Positions 7,852 to 17,380 of a stretch of 64,000 nt of DNA are shown here, piece by piece. Source of the DNA: an uncultured Collinsella sp. (GTDB taxonomy: Bacteria > Actinomycetota > Coriobacteriia > Coriobacteriales > Coriobacteriaceae); NCBI GenBank assembly GCA_900549575.1, contig URPB01000001.1, positions 2,560 through 66,559 on the forward strand, in the 5' to 3' direction. The notes beneath the pieces were generated by a model. The model was not told where the DNA came from, searched no databases, and worked only from the letters and a program-made list of their open reading frames with translations. How positions within the stretch are numbered: position 1 is the stretch's first letter; the number at the start of each line of letters is the position of its first letter. A program made the translations under genes and the position numbers.

Positions 7852-10544
7852 GCATGGACGGCAACGTCATCATCAAAGCGGTGCTCGACACCGTTGACGT
7901 ATCCAAGAACATCAAGGCCCTGGAGCGCGACCTCCAGGGCATCTCCTGGAAGAACATAGCCGAGGGCGACGAGAAGGCCGCGAAGCTGTCGTCCTCGTTC
8001 AAGAAGGCCGGCACGGCCGCCACGGTGACGCTGACCGCGCCCGTGGTGGCCGCCGGCAAGGCCGTATTCGGCGTGGCCAGCGACTACGAGCAGGCCAACG
8101 CCCGCATAGCCGCCGCGTTCGGCGTGTCCGGCGAGGAGGCCGAACGTTTCAGCGGCATAGGCAAGCGCATATACGAGGGCGGCTGGGGCCAGTCCCTGGA
8201 CGAGGTCAACGATGCGCTGATCCAGTGCAAGTCCACCCTTCGCGACGTGTCCGACGAGGACCTGCAGACCGTCACCACCAACGCACTCATGCTGTCGGAC
8301 ACCTTCGGCGCAGACGTGAACGAGTCCATACGCGGCACCAACGCCCTCATGGAGGGCTTCGGGCTGTCCGCCACCGAGGCCAGCGACCTGCTGACGGCGG
8401 GCATGCAGCGCGGCCTGAACTACACCGACGAGCTGGGCGACAACCTGAGCGAATACTCCGTGCGATGGGGCGAGGCGGGAATGAGCGCCAGCGAGTACTT
8501 CTCGCTGCTCGAAGCGGGCACGTCCAACGGCGCGTACAACCTGGACAAGGTGGGCGACTACCTCAACGAGTTCCTGACGGCGCTGTCCGACGGCCGCATG
8601 GAGGAATCCATCGGCTCGTTCAGCGAGGGCACGCAGGAGGTCTTCGAGAACTTCAAGAACGGCAGCGCCACCGCCGAGGACATGCTGCAGGCGGTGCTGG
8701 GCGACCTCACGCAGATGCCAAACGAGTACGACAAGGCCGCGCTGGCCTCCACCCTGTGGTCCTCGCTGGGCGAGGACAATGCCATGGGCATGATCGAGTC
8801 CCTGGCTGGCGTGCAGGACAGCTTCGGCGACGTGGCGGGCGCTGCGCAGCAGGCCCAGGAGGCCGCCTCCGACAGCTTCGCCGTGAAATCGCAGGAGGCC
8901 ATGCGCGAGCTGCAGGGCTCCATCGAGCCGCTTGGCGAGCCGCTGCTCAACATCGCCACCAACGTGGCTGGTGTCGTCAAGTCGTTCTCCGAGTGGTTCG
9001 CCGGCATCGGCGAGGGCGGCCAGACCGCCGTGCTGGCGATCGCCACGATAGCGGCCGCCATAGGCCCCGTGCTGTCGACGGTCGGCACCGTCGTGGACAC
9101 CGTGCCGAAAATCGGAGCGGCCTTCCAGGTGGTCGGCAAGCTGGGCACCGGCGCGCTGGGGCTCATAGCCGCGCACCCCGTGGTAGCGGCCATAGCGGCC
9201 ATCATCGCCGCCGTGGTGCTGCTGTGGAACAACTGCGAGGAGTTCCGCGACGCGGTGACCGCCGTGTGGGATGCCGTGTGCGCCGCGTTCGAGGTGGCCA
9301 CCCAGGTGGCGGGCGACGTGGCCCAAAGCGTCGGCGAGTTCTTCTCGCAGCTCGGCGAGAAGCTGGGCGGCGTGTGGGACGGCATCTGCTCCACGGTGCA
9401 GGGGGCCATCGACGCCATAGCCGGGTTCTTCCAAGGCCTGGCCGGCACCGCCTCGTCCATCTGGGACGGCATCTGCAACGTGGTGCAGGTCGCCGTGATG
9501 CTGCTGGGCGAGATTCTGAACCTGGCCATCGAGACGCTGCTCATACCCTGGAACTTCATCTGGGAGAACTTCGGCGAGCAGCTGACGGCGGCATGGGACG
9601 CAATCTGCGGCGCGGTGGGAGGCTACATCGACGCGGTGAGCCAGGTCATCACCGACGTGGTGACGGCGCTCTCCGAATGGTGGGGCGCGACGTGGGAAGG
9701 CATCAGCGGCACCGCCAACGCCATATGGGAGGCCATCTACGGCGCGGTGAGCGCGTACATCCAGTACGTCAGCGACGTGATAGGCGCGGCCCTTGGGGTC
9801 ATCCAGGGCGTGTGGGACACGGTGTGGGGCGCGGTGAGCTCCACCGCCTCCAGCATATGGGATGCCATCAGCTCGGCGATAGGCGCGGCCATCAATGCCA
9901 TCAGCTCCACCATATCGGCGGTGCTGTCGGCAATTCAGGCGGTGTGGGACTCCATATGGGGGGCCGTGAGCAGCACGGCGTCGAGCGTGTGGGGCGGCAT
10001 CAGCTCCACCATATCCAGCATCGCGAACGGCATCCGCGACACGATCTCCAGCGTGTTCAACGCCGCCAAGGACACCGTGAGCAGCGTGTGGAACTCCATC
10101 AAGAGCGCCATCGAGACGCCGATACAGAACGCCCGCGACACCGTGCGCAACGTCATCGACTCCATCAAGGGGTTCTTCAACTTCTCGTGGTCGCTGCCCC
10201 ACCTGAAGCTGCCGCACCTGTCCATCTCCGGCAGCTTCAGCATCGCCCCGCCGAGCGTGCCGCACTTCGGCATCGACTGGTACGCCAAGGGCGGCGTGTT
10301 CAACGGCCCCAGCGTCATCGGCGTCGGCGAGGCGGGCCCCGAGGGCGTGGTGCCGTTCAACGAGCGCGGCGCGCGCCCGCTGGCCGAGGGCATCGCCAAG
10401 CTGCTCGACGGCAAGGGCGGCGCGGCCCATGGCGACACGAACGTGACAATCAACCTGTACGCGACCGTGCGGGAGGAGGCCGACATCGAGAAAATCTCCC
10501 GCCAGATAGCCAAGGAAATCAAACGGCAGGAGTGCTTCGCATGA
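7848..10544 (+). CDS. Tape measure protein
   Basis: 898 aa; Ala/Gly-rich hydrophobic central region; repeated W-x-x-I/V motifs; position before Dit/Tal. Confidence 0.85.
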   Translation: MSMDGNVIIKAVLDTVDVSKNIKALERDLQGISWKNIAEGDEKAAKLSSSFKKAGTAATVTLTAPVVAAGKAVFGVASDYEQANARIAAAFGVSGEEAERFSGIGKRIYEGGWGQSLDEVNDALIQCKSTLRDVSDEDLQTVTTNALMLSDTFGADVNESIRGTNALMEGFGLSATEASDLLTAGMQRGLNYTDELGDNLSEYSVRWGEAGMSASEYFSLLEAGTSNGAYNLDKVGDYLNEFLTALSDGRMEESIGSFSEGTQEVFENFKNGSATAEDMLQAVLGDLTQMPNEYDKAALASTLWSSLGEDNAMGMIESLAGVQDSFGDVAGAAQQAQEAASDSFAVKSQEAMRELQGSIEPLGEPLLNIATNVAGVVKSFSEWFAGIGEGGQTAVLAIATIAAAIGPVLSTVGTVVDTVPKIGAAFQVVGKLGTGALGLIAAHPVVAAIAAIIAAVVLLWNNCEEFRDAVTAVWDAVCAAFEVATQVAGDVAQSVGEFFSQLGEKLGGVWDGICSTVQGAIDAIAGFFQGLAGTASSIWDGICNVVQVAVMLLGEILNLAIETLLIPWNFIWENFGEQLTAAWDAICGAVGGYIDAVSQVITDVVTALSEWWGATWEGISGTANAIWEAIYGAVSAYIQYVSDVIGAALGVIQGVWDTVWGAVSSTASSIWDAISSAIGAAINAISSTISAVLSAIQAVWDSIWGAVSSTASSVWGGISSTISSIANGIRDTISSVFNAAKDTVSSVWNSIKSAIETPIQNARDTVRNVIDSIKGFFNFSWSLPHLKLPHLSISGSFSIAPPSVPHFGIDWYAKGGVFNGPSVIGVGEAGPEGVVPFNERGARPLAEGIAKLLDGKGGAAHGDTNVTINLYATVREEADIEKISRQIAKEIKRQECFA

Positions 10545-11254
10545 TATACAACGGCTTCGACTTCGCGCCGTGGTTCGACACCCGGCTCGTGACCCGCTCG
10601 CTGCTGCCCGAGTACGAAATCGCCACGCGCGACGTGCCCGGGCAGCCCGGCTCGCGCTTCATGCGCGCAGAGCTGAAACCCCTGACGATAGACGTGGCGG
10701 CGGCCTGGAGGGCGCGCCCCGCCGACGACATGGCGGCCCTTCGCCGCCTCATGGCCTCGCGCCTGCTGTGCCTCAAGGAGGCCGAGCTGTGGCTGGACGA
10801 CGAGAGGCACCTGGGCCTGCGATACATGGCCGTGCTGACCTCGCCGGGCGCGCTCGACACGTTGTGGCACACCGGCGAGGCCACGCTGACGTTCACGGCA
10901 TACGACCCCGTGGCCTACGGGGCCGAGGGGCGCGCAACCGTGTCGGGCACCTCGGGCGTGCAGGTGGGCGGGACGTTCCGCACCTACCCCACCGTGACCG
11001 TCAGGCCCGGCGGCAGCACGTCGGCGCTGCGGCTGACGAACATGGGCACGGGCGAGTTCGTGCAGATCGACAAGGCGGTGACGGCATCGAGCGCGGTGGT
11101 CATCGACATGGCCGCCCCGCAGGCCACGGTGGACGGCAGCCCCGCGCCCGTGACCTTCGAGAGTGACTTCTTCCCGCTGGAGCCGGGGGCCAACAGCCTC
11201 AAGCTGTCCAGCGGCACCGCGACGGTACAGTGGACGGAAAGGTACGTGGGCTGA
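10541..11254 (+). CDS. Distal tail protein (Dit)
   Basis: 237 aa, MIYNGFDFAPWFD...; ATGA overlap with TMP; homologous in position and N-terminus style to prophage 2 gene 29079-29816. Confidence 0.7.
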   Translation: MIYNGFDFAPWFDTRLVTRSLLPEYEIATRDVPGQPGSRFMRAELKPLTIDVAAAWRARPADDMAALRRLMASRLLCLKEAELWLDDERHLGLRYMAVLTSPGALDTLWHTGEATLTFTAYDPVAYGAEGRATVSGTSGVQVGGTFRTYPTVTVRPGGSTSALRLTNMGTGEFVQIDKAVTASSAVVIDMAAPQATVDGSPAPVTFESDFFPLEPGANSLKLSSGTATVQWTERYVG

Positions 11255-13806
11255 TGATTCTGTGGGCATGCGACCGCTGGGAGGCGTACAAGGGACCCAT
11301 CAAGACGCTGTTCGAGTGCGAGGACACGCGCGAGGTCAACGGCGAGAACGCCCTGAGCATCACAACGCTGGCGCGCCTGGACAAGGGCGACCGCCTGGTG
11401 TGGCGCGACCTCAAGGGCCGCTGGCACGAGAACATCGTGGACGGCGTGGAGGAGGAGCGCGCAAGCGCGGGCATCCTCTACACGTACTACTGCCCGACCT
11501 CGGCGCAAATCGAGCTCCTGGGCGACTACCTGGAGGACAAGCGCCCCTACGACGTGAGCGCCTACGCCGCGCTGGCCTCGGCGCTGTCCTCCTCGCGCTG
11601 GCAGGTCGGAACCGTGGCCGACCTCGGGCAGGCCGGCACGAACTTCTACCACACCAACGCATGGGCGGCCATCCACGACGTGGCAGACACTTGGGGCGGC
11701 GAGCTGTCGTTCGAAATCCAGGTGAGCGGCACCAAGGTGACCGCACGCCGCGTGTGCATGGCCAAGCAGGTCGGCGAGGACAACGGCAAGCGTTTCACCT
11801 ACGCCAAGGACCTCGTGAGCGTCAAGCGCAGCGTGGACGAGGGCAACGTGTGCACCGCCCTGTACGGCTACGGCAAGTCCCTGCAGACCGCCGACGAGGA
11901 CGGCAACCTGACGGGCGGCTACGGCCGCAAGCTGACCTTCGGCGACGTGAACGGCGGGCAGAACTGGGTGGGGTCGGCCGACGCGCTGGCGCGCTGGGGA
12001 CGGCCCGACGGCAAGGGCGGCAAGGCGCACGTGTTCGGCGACGTGGAGTTCTCCGACTGCGAGGACGCCGCCGAGCTGAAGAAGCTCACCGAGGCGCAGC
12101 TGGTGAAGTCGTGCGTGCCCACCGTGTCCTACACTGCGGACGCCGTGGCGCTTGCGCGCGCCGGCGAGGGCTTCGAGGGCGCGGACGAGGGCGACCTGGT
12201 GACCGTGGTGGACAAGGTGTACGACCCGCCGCTGCGCGTGCGCACGCGCATCACCAAGGTGGTGGAGGACCAGCTGCGCCCCGGCGAGGTCACCTACACG
12301 TTCGGCAACTACCAGACGGTCGCCGAGCTGATGGCCGCGCAGAAGTCCAGCGCAAAGAGAACGGCTTCGAGCATCCGCGCCACCGTGGCCGACGCGGTAA
12401 ACGCGTCCAACAAGGCATCGACCGGCAAATGGGGCGAGAGCCTGGCGGCCTCCGAGAAGCGCCAGGAGGCGTTCGCCAGGGAGCAGGGCGGCGCGGCCAA
12501 GGACTACACCGACGAGGTGAAGGACGCGCTTGACAAGGCCCTCAAGGAGTATGCCGACAAGGGCGACACCACGCTGGAAGAGGCGCTGAAGAAGTACTCC
12601 GACGACGGCAACCTGTCCCTTGAGGAAGTGCTCAAGCTCTACACCGACACCACGGTGGAGCAGAGCGAGAGCGTGCTCAAGCAGATAGACGAGGCCAACA
12701 AGGAGTACCTGGAAGGCGTCACCGGCTCGCTGGACGAGCGCCTGACGAGCGCCGAGAGCGAGGTTGATGGGCTGCAGAACCAGCTCGATCAGCTGCCGAC
12801 GGATATCCGCAAGAAGATCGTGGAAATGCTCAACAGCGAGATAAACACCACGGGCGGTTGGGTGTACGAGGAGCCCGGCCAGGGCATCCTCGTGTACGAC
12901 AAGAAGCCGGAGAACGCGACCAAGTGCGTGAAGATAGGCGGCGGCGTCATCGGCGTGGCCAACTCAAAGTACTCCAGCGGCGCGTGGAAGTGGCGCACGG
13001 CCATCACCGGCGACGGCGTGACCGCCGACGAGCTGACCACGGGCCGCATCAAGGGCGGCAACTCGTACTGGGACCTCGACAGCGGGGCCTTCTATCTGCG
13101 CGACGGCTCCATCTTCATGACGGACGGCAACGGCAACAAGGTGTACATCAACGCCACCAACGGCTTCCAGATATACGACAAGAACGGCTCCATCATCGCG
13201 GGCACCGTGCTGGTGGGCAGCACCTCCATGTTCCGCTGCAACATGGTCGGCACGTCGTCCACCAACTACATCACCACCGGCACGACGACGAACGACCACC
13301 CGGGAGCGTCGTTTGTGAACGGCTCGACCGAGTACTGCACCATCGAGGCCGTCCACGCGAAGGACAGCCCCACGGCGAGCTCTACCGACGGCGTGGGCAT
13401 ATCCGCCTGCGGCTACGGATTCCTGGCAGTCAACCGCTACTACCGCCAGACGTGGCTGACGACCCCCTACTACGCGGGATACATGAGCCATCCCGACGAG
13501 CAGCTGTACATGAAGAGTGGCAACAGCAACGCGGGCGGCTCGGCGTACGTGAAGCTGCAAGAGAACTCCAGCAACTACGTGTACCTGGATAGCAGCCGCG
13601 CAGACATTGGGTCGTCGGGCACCGCCAGGATACTCGCCCCGAAGTTCGCCATAGGAACCAACCCGAGCAGCGGCGGCACCTACGGATACACGGGCTCCAC
13701 GCAGTTCATCGGGTGCATCACCAACAACGGCAACAACTGGACGTGGGGCACCATCAACGTGGTGAACGGAATCATTACCGGCATGAGCAGCATCACGGGA
13801 AACTAG
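11254..13806 (+). CDS. Tail-associated (Tal-like) minor structural protein
   Basis: 850 aa; N-terminal third alignable by eye with prophage 2 protein 26962-29088 (…RLDKGDRLVW.DL.G..HE.IVD…, …KRFTYAKDLVSVKRSVD…). Confidence 0.75.
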   Translation: MILWACDRWEAYKGPIKTLFECEDTREVNGENALSITTLARLDKGDRLVWRDLKGRWHENIVDGVEEERASAGILYTYYCPTSAQIELLGDYLEDKRPYDVSAYAALASALSSSRWQVGTVADLGQAGTNFYHTNAWAAIHDVADTWGGELSFEIQVSGTKVTARRVCMAKQVGEDNGKRFTYAKDLVSVKRSVDEGNVCTALYGYGKSLQTADEDGNLTGGYGRKLTFGDVNGGQNWVGSADALARWGRPDGKGGKAHVFGDVEFSDCEDAAELKKLTEAQLVKSCVPTVSYTADAVALARAGEGFEGADEGDLVTVVDKVYDPPLRVRTRITKVVEDQLRPGEVTYTFGNYQTVAELMAAQKSSAKRTASSIRATVADAVNASNKASTGKWGESLAASEKRQEAFAREQGGAAKDYTDEVKDALDKALKEYADKGDTTLEEALKKYSDDGNLSLEEVLKLYTDTTVEQSESVLKQIDEANKEYLEGVTGSLDERLTSAESEVDGLQNQLDQLPTDIRKKIVEMLNSEINTTGGWVYEEPGQGILVYDKKPENATKCVKIGGGVIGVANSKYSSGAWKWRTAITGDGVTADELTTGRIKGGNSYWDLDSGAFYLRDGSIFMTDGNGNKVYINATNGFQIYDKNGSIIAGTVLVGSTSMFRCNMVGTSSTNYITTGTTTNDHPGASFVNGSTEYCTIEAVHAKDSPTASSTDGVGISACGYGFLAVNRYYRQTWLTTPYYAGYMSHPDEQLYMKSGNSNAGGSAYVKLQENSSNYVYLDSSRADIGSSGTARILAPKFAIGTNPSSGGTYGYTGSTQFIGCITNNGNNWTWGTINVVNGIITGMSSITGN

Positions 13807-13828
13807 ACCAAGCAAGAGAGGAAACGGA

Positions 13829-14149
13829 ATGTTCTACCACCTTGTGCAGCAACCCGAAGCGCCGCAGGCGCTCGACGGCGCGCCGAAGCCGCCCGAGGCG
13901 CTTCCGGTGTTCGAGTGCATCAGCGACCCGGCCACGGCGCGGGCCATCGTGGAATCGGAAGACGTGTTCGAGTTCGACGGCAAGGGCGGCTTCACGCTCG
14001 TGTCCAGCCCCGTGGCCGTCATGGACGCGGAAGGCGGCGAGGCCAACGCCGTTGACTTCTCGGCGCTCACTGACGAGGAGATATGCGGGGTCCACAGAGC
14101 GCAACCCGGCGACATATCGCGGACACTTGCGGCCGAAGGAAAGGAGTGA
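13829..14149 (+). CDS. Hypothetical tail-module protein
   Basis: 106 aa ORF with RBS gagagga; no recognisable motif. Confidence 0.4.
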   Translation: MFYHLVQQPEAPQALDGAPKPPEALPVFECISDPATARAIVESEDVFEFDGKGGFTLVSSPVAVMDAEGGEANAVDFSALTDEEICGVHRAQPGDISRTLAAEGKE

Positions 14150-14152
14150 GGC

Positions 14153-15055
14153 ATGGCAACGCACGAGCTTACGCTCAACCTCAAGAAGACCAACATAGCG
14201 CCGCCCGTCATCACCGTGCACCAGGGCGACAGCGCCGAGGTCCTGAAGGCCGCCATCTACGACGGCGACAAGAAGGCGGCCCTGACGGGCTGCAAGGTGC
14301 ACCTCATGGCTGCGAAACCCGACCACACCTACGTGGAGCAGCAGTTCACTGGCATCAGCGACAACGTGGCCACCGTGACGGTCGACCCCGCCGTCTTCGG
14401 CGTGGCCGGGCTGCTCAAGGTGTGCTACGTGCGCGTGCGGAACGCGGCAGGGCTGGACGCCACCACCGAGAACGTCCTGGTGAACGTGCTGCCCTCGGCG
14501 AGCGCGTCGGGCGAGATATCCGGCCCGTACGTCGATGCGGTGGAGGCGATCATCGCGAACCTCGAAGGGCAGCTAGCCGACGTGAGCGCGCTGAACGCGC
14601 AGATGCAGAAGGCCGAGGCCTCCCGCGCGAGCGCGGAAAACCAGCGCGCCACGAACGAGAAGGCACGCCAGACCGCCGAAACCAAACGCGCAGAGGCCGA
14701 GAAGAAGCGAGCCGCGGCGGAAAGCGACCGCGTGACCGAGGCGTCGCAGCTGAAGACGGCCTCGCAAGCCGCCACGGCTGCGGCAAACGGCGCGGCCTCG
14801 AACGCCGACGCGGCGGCAAACATCGCCCTGCAGATAGCCAACAGCGTGGCGCAGGGCAGCGCGGGCAGCTCGGACATGGCCAAGCAGAAGCAGCAGATAG
14901 CCGACCTGTACGGCAAGCTGGCCGACGCCACTGACGCGTTCATCTACGACGACGGCACCGTGTACTGCCCCGCCTCCAAGGCCAGTGCATCTGGCAGCAC
15001 CATCACGTTCGGGAGCACCTGCACGGCGTCCGGCACAACCCTCAACCTCAAGTAG
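14153..15055 (+). CDS. BppU-N-like baseplate/fibre protein with Ala-rich coiled coil
   Basis: N-terminus LTLNLKKTNIAPPVITVHQGDSAEVLKAAIYDG...LTGCKVHL fits BppU N-terminal Ig-like domain; counterpart of 25776-26774. Confidence 0.55.
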   Translation: MATHELTLNLKKTNIAPPVITVHQGDSAEVLKAAIYDGDKKAALTGCKVHLMAAKPDHTYVEQQFTGISDNVATVTVDPAVFGVAGLLKVCYVRVRNAAGLDATTENVLVNVLPSASASGEISGPYVDAVEAIIANLEGQLADVSALNAQMQKAEASRASAENQRATNEKARQTAETKRAEAEKKRAAAESDRVTEASQLKTASQAATAAANGAASNADAAANIALQIANSVAQGSAGSSDMAKQKQQIADLYGKLADATDAFIYDDGTVYCPASKASASGSTITFGSTCTASGTTLNLK

Positions 15056-15067
15056 AAAGGCAACGAA

Positions 15068-15976
15068 ATGGCACAAGCGAAAACCCTGTCGGTGGGCGGC
15101 ACCGGCTACGAGGTCATCGACGATACCGCGCGCAGCAACGCGCAGACGGCGCTCAACAACGCCGAGTACAACCGCCAGGGCCAAATCGGCAAGTACGGCG
15201 GGCAGAACATCGCCACCATCCTGGCGGGAGAGATCGGCAGCGGCAGCGTGTACGACGCGCTGCACAAGCGAGCCGCCAACGGCAACTTCGCGGGCCTGCG
15301 CGTGGGAGACTACATCGACGTGCCGCTGGTAAGCGCGTCGGGCGTGGCGGCCCAGCAGTCCGTGCGCTTCCTCCTGGCGCACTTCGACCCGTACTACTGC
15401 TGCGGCGACAGCTCCAAAGGCCACCACATCGCCTTCGTGGCCTCCGCGCCCATCGCCGTGGCCAAGACCGTGACCGGCGTTGCCAACGACAGCTTCCTGA
15501 TGTGGAACACGACCAACACGAACCAGGGCACCGCTGACCAGAAATGCCCCTACCCCAACAGCAACCTCAAGGCGTGGGAGACGGCCTTCGAGGCGTGCCT
15601 GCCCGAGAGCCTGACCAAGTACCTGCTGACCCAGCGCGTGCTGCTTGAGGAGCGGTACAGCGCCAGCGGCGCGCTCAACGACTCCAACTCGTGGAGCTGG
15701 CAGGATATCGGCAAGGTGTTCTCGCTGTCCGAGATGGAGGTGTACGGCTGCCCGGTGTGGGGCACCAAGGGCTACAGCGTCGGCTTCGACTGCCAGTTCG
15801 ACCTGTTCCGCGATACCGCGCACCGCTTGAACGGAACTCGGTACAATTGGTGGTTGCGTTCCGTCATGGGTGGCTCCTCGTCCGGCGTGTGCTACGTCAA
15901 CAACAACGGCATTGCCTACTGCAATTCGGCGCCGGCCGTCTGGGTTCGCCCCCGCCCCGGCTTCCTCGTCGGCTAG
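15068..15976 (+). CDS. Receptor-binding (tail fibre tip) protein, DGR target-type with C-terminal variable region
   Basis: 302 aa; homolog of prophage 2 DGR target (shared ...CPVWGTKGYSVGFD.QF... and ...WWLRSVMGGS...); C-terminal 39 codons correspond to the VR of prophage 2. Confidence 0.8.
   Translation: MAQAKTLSVGGTGYEVIDDTARSNAQTALNNAEYNRQGQIGKYGGQNIATILAGEIGSGSVYDALHKRAANGNFAGLRVGDYIDVPLVSASGVAAQQSVRFLLAHFDPYYCCGDSSKGHHIAFVASAPIAVAKTVTGVANDSFLMWNTTNTNQGTADQKCPYPNSNLKAWETAFEACLPESLTKYLLTQRVLLEERYSASGALNDSNSWSWQDIGKVFSLSEMEVYGCPVWGTKGYSVGFDCQFDLFRDTAHRLNGTRYNWWLRSVMGGSSSGVCYVNNNGIAYCNSAPAVWVRPRPGFLVG
15845..15961 (+). repeat. VR-like segment of prophage 1 DGR target (no cognate TR found)
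   Basis: Aligns to prophage 2 TR/VR codon for codon. Positions that are AAY in the prophage 2 TR are here ggc, tac, att, tac, tgc, gtc etc., with aac aac aac retained. Ends in a G/C-only run cgcccccgccccgg. Confidence 0.6.
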
Positions 15977-16015
15977 CCAGCCGAGTAGGCCCCAGGGCCG
16001 AAAGCAGAGCGCGGA

Positions 16016-16171
16016 GAGGAAGGAAGGCGCGACCGTCGGGCTCACGCCCGTAAATACGCACCCCGCGAGGGTGGCCGGACGCTGCTTGCATGGCGCGGCG
16101 CTCCGTGGCTTCGCCGCGTTTCATGGCCATACCTCAAGCGGCTGTCAGAGCCACATTGAAAGCCGTGCGGG
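16016..16171 (+). ncRNA. DGR spacer (Sp)-like conserved region upstream of RT
   Basis: About 75-80 percent identical by eye to 24003-24165 (reverse strand) of prophage 2, with stems conserved and loops changed (cgggc-tcac-gcccg vs cgggc-atgc-gcccg). Confidence 0.5.
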
Positions 16172-17362
16172 GTGCCTCCTGTGAACTCCGAGCAAAGGCG
16201 GGCGGCGCGCCGGAAGCGCCGCGAGGAGAAGCGGGCCAAGGCCAAGGCCGAGCGCGTCAAGACGTGCACGCTTGAGACCGTGGCCGACCTCAACAGCCTG
16301 TGCAAGGCTTCCAAGCAGGCCGCGCGCGGCGTGATGTGGAAGGCGTCCACGCAGCGGTACATGAAGGACTACCTGCGCAACGCCGTCCTGTCCCGCCGCG
16401 ACCTTTTGGAGGGCCGCGACATATGCCGGGGCTTCATCCGCTTCGAACTATGGGAGCGCGGCAAGCTGCGCCACATCAGCGCCGTGCACTTTCCCGAGCG
16501 CGTGGTGCAGAAGTCGCTGTCGCAGAACGCGCTCGTGCCCGCGATCGTGCCCACCCTCATAGCCGCGAACTCCGCGAACATAAAGGGGCGCGGCACCGAC
16601 TACGCCCTGAAGCTGCTCAAGCGCCACCTGGCCGACCACTGGAGGCGGCACGGCCGCGAGGGCTACATACTGCTCGGCGACTTCTCCGACTACTTCGCGC
16701 GCATAGCGCACCAACCCGTCAAAGACCAGGTGGCCTCCGCACTGCTAGATCCGCGCGTGGTCGCCTTGGAGCACCGCCTGATAGACGCGCAGGGCGATGT
16801 GGGCCTGGGGCTGGGCAGCGAGCCGAACCAGATATGCGCCGTCGCGCACCCCAACCGCATCGACCACTACGTAATCGAGATGCTGCGCCCCGAGGCCTAC
16901 GGTCGATATATGGACGACTTCTACCTGATACACGAGTCCAAGGACTACCTGCAGGTGTGCCTGCTGCTCATAGAGCGCAAATGCGCCGAGCTGGGCATCG
17001 AGCTGAACCCGCGCAAGACCCGCGTGGTGAAGCTCACGCGCGGGTTCACGTGGCTGAAGAAGCGCATCTTCTACACGGACACGGGCCGCATAGTCGTGAA
17101 GCCGTGCCGAGACTCCATAACGCGGGAGCGCCGCAAGCTCAAGAAGATGGCCCGCATGGTCGCCGATGGCATCATGACCCCTGAGCAGGTGGAGCAGAGC
17201 TACCAGAGCTGGCGCGGAGGCATGAAGCGGCTGGACGCGCACCGCAGCGTGCGGGCCATGGACGCGCTGTACCGCAGCTTGTTCGGAAATCCCGCGGGGG
17301 GGGGTTGCTCAATGCAATCCAAACCTGGAGGCGACACGGATGGGAACATGCCCCTACCCTAG
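16172..17362 (+). CDS. DGR-type reverse transcriptase
   Basis: GTG 16172 (alternative in-frame GTG 16181). Motifs ...GRYMDDFYLI... (YxDD) and ...LGLGSEPNQICA...; roughly half identical by eye to prophage 2 RT; ORF intact. Confidence 0.85.
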   Translation: MPPVNSEQRRAARRKRREEKRAKAKAERVKTCTLETVADLNSLCKASKQAARGVMWKASTQRYMKDYLRNAVLSRRDLLEGRDICRGFIRFELWERGKLRHISAVHFPERVVQKSLSQNALVPAIVPTLIAANSANIKGRGTDYALKLLKRHLADHWRRHGREGYILLGDFSDYFARIAHQPVKDQVASALLDPRVVALEHRLIDAQGDVGLGLGSEPNQICAVAHPNRIDHYVIEMLRPEAYGRYMDDFYLIHESKDYLQVCLLLIERKCAELGIELNPRKTRVVKLTRGFTWLKKRIFYTDTGRIVVKPCRDSITRERRKLKKMARMVADGIMTPEQVEQSYQSWRGGMKRLDAHRSVRAMDALYRSLFGNPAGGGCSMQSKPGGDTDGNMPLP

Positions 17363-17380
17363 CAACGGAAGGAGCGACCC

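Noticed and set aside
7671-10430. Very long ORFs on the opposite strand or in other frames of the tape-measure gene (919 aa on the - strand; 1009 aa in frame 8225-11254). There are similar long shadows at 712-2472 (-), 3421-4515 (-), 14573-16045 (-), 17987-19477 (-) and 56311-57741 (+).
   Set aside because: Typical high-GC shadow ORFs. Their translations are Arg/Ala/Gly/His-rich low-complexity strings with no motifs, and each fully overlaps a well-supported gene with clear homology and synteny.
15845-15961. The idea that the prophage 2 TR (24219-24342) could diversify the prophage 1 VR in trans.
   Set aside because: The two sequences differ at many non-adenine positions, by a one-codon indel, and in the 3' G/C-rich end (gactggatacgcccgctgccgtg versus gtctgggttcgcccccgccccggc) that would have to act as the homing site. 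Cross-homing therefore looks unlikely.
16172-17362. The two reverse transcriptases as retron, group II intron, or Abi/UG-type defence RTs.
   Set aside because: Prophage 2 has an unmistakable TR/VR pair with adenine-only differences and an Avd, and prophage 1's RT and upstream region are homologous to it. I see no msr/msd-like inverted repeats and no intron domain structure or maturase/endonuclease domains.
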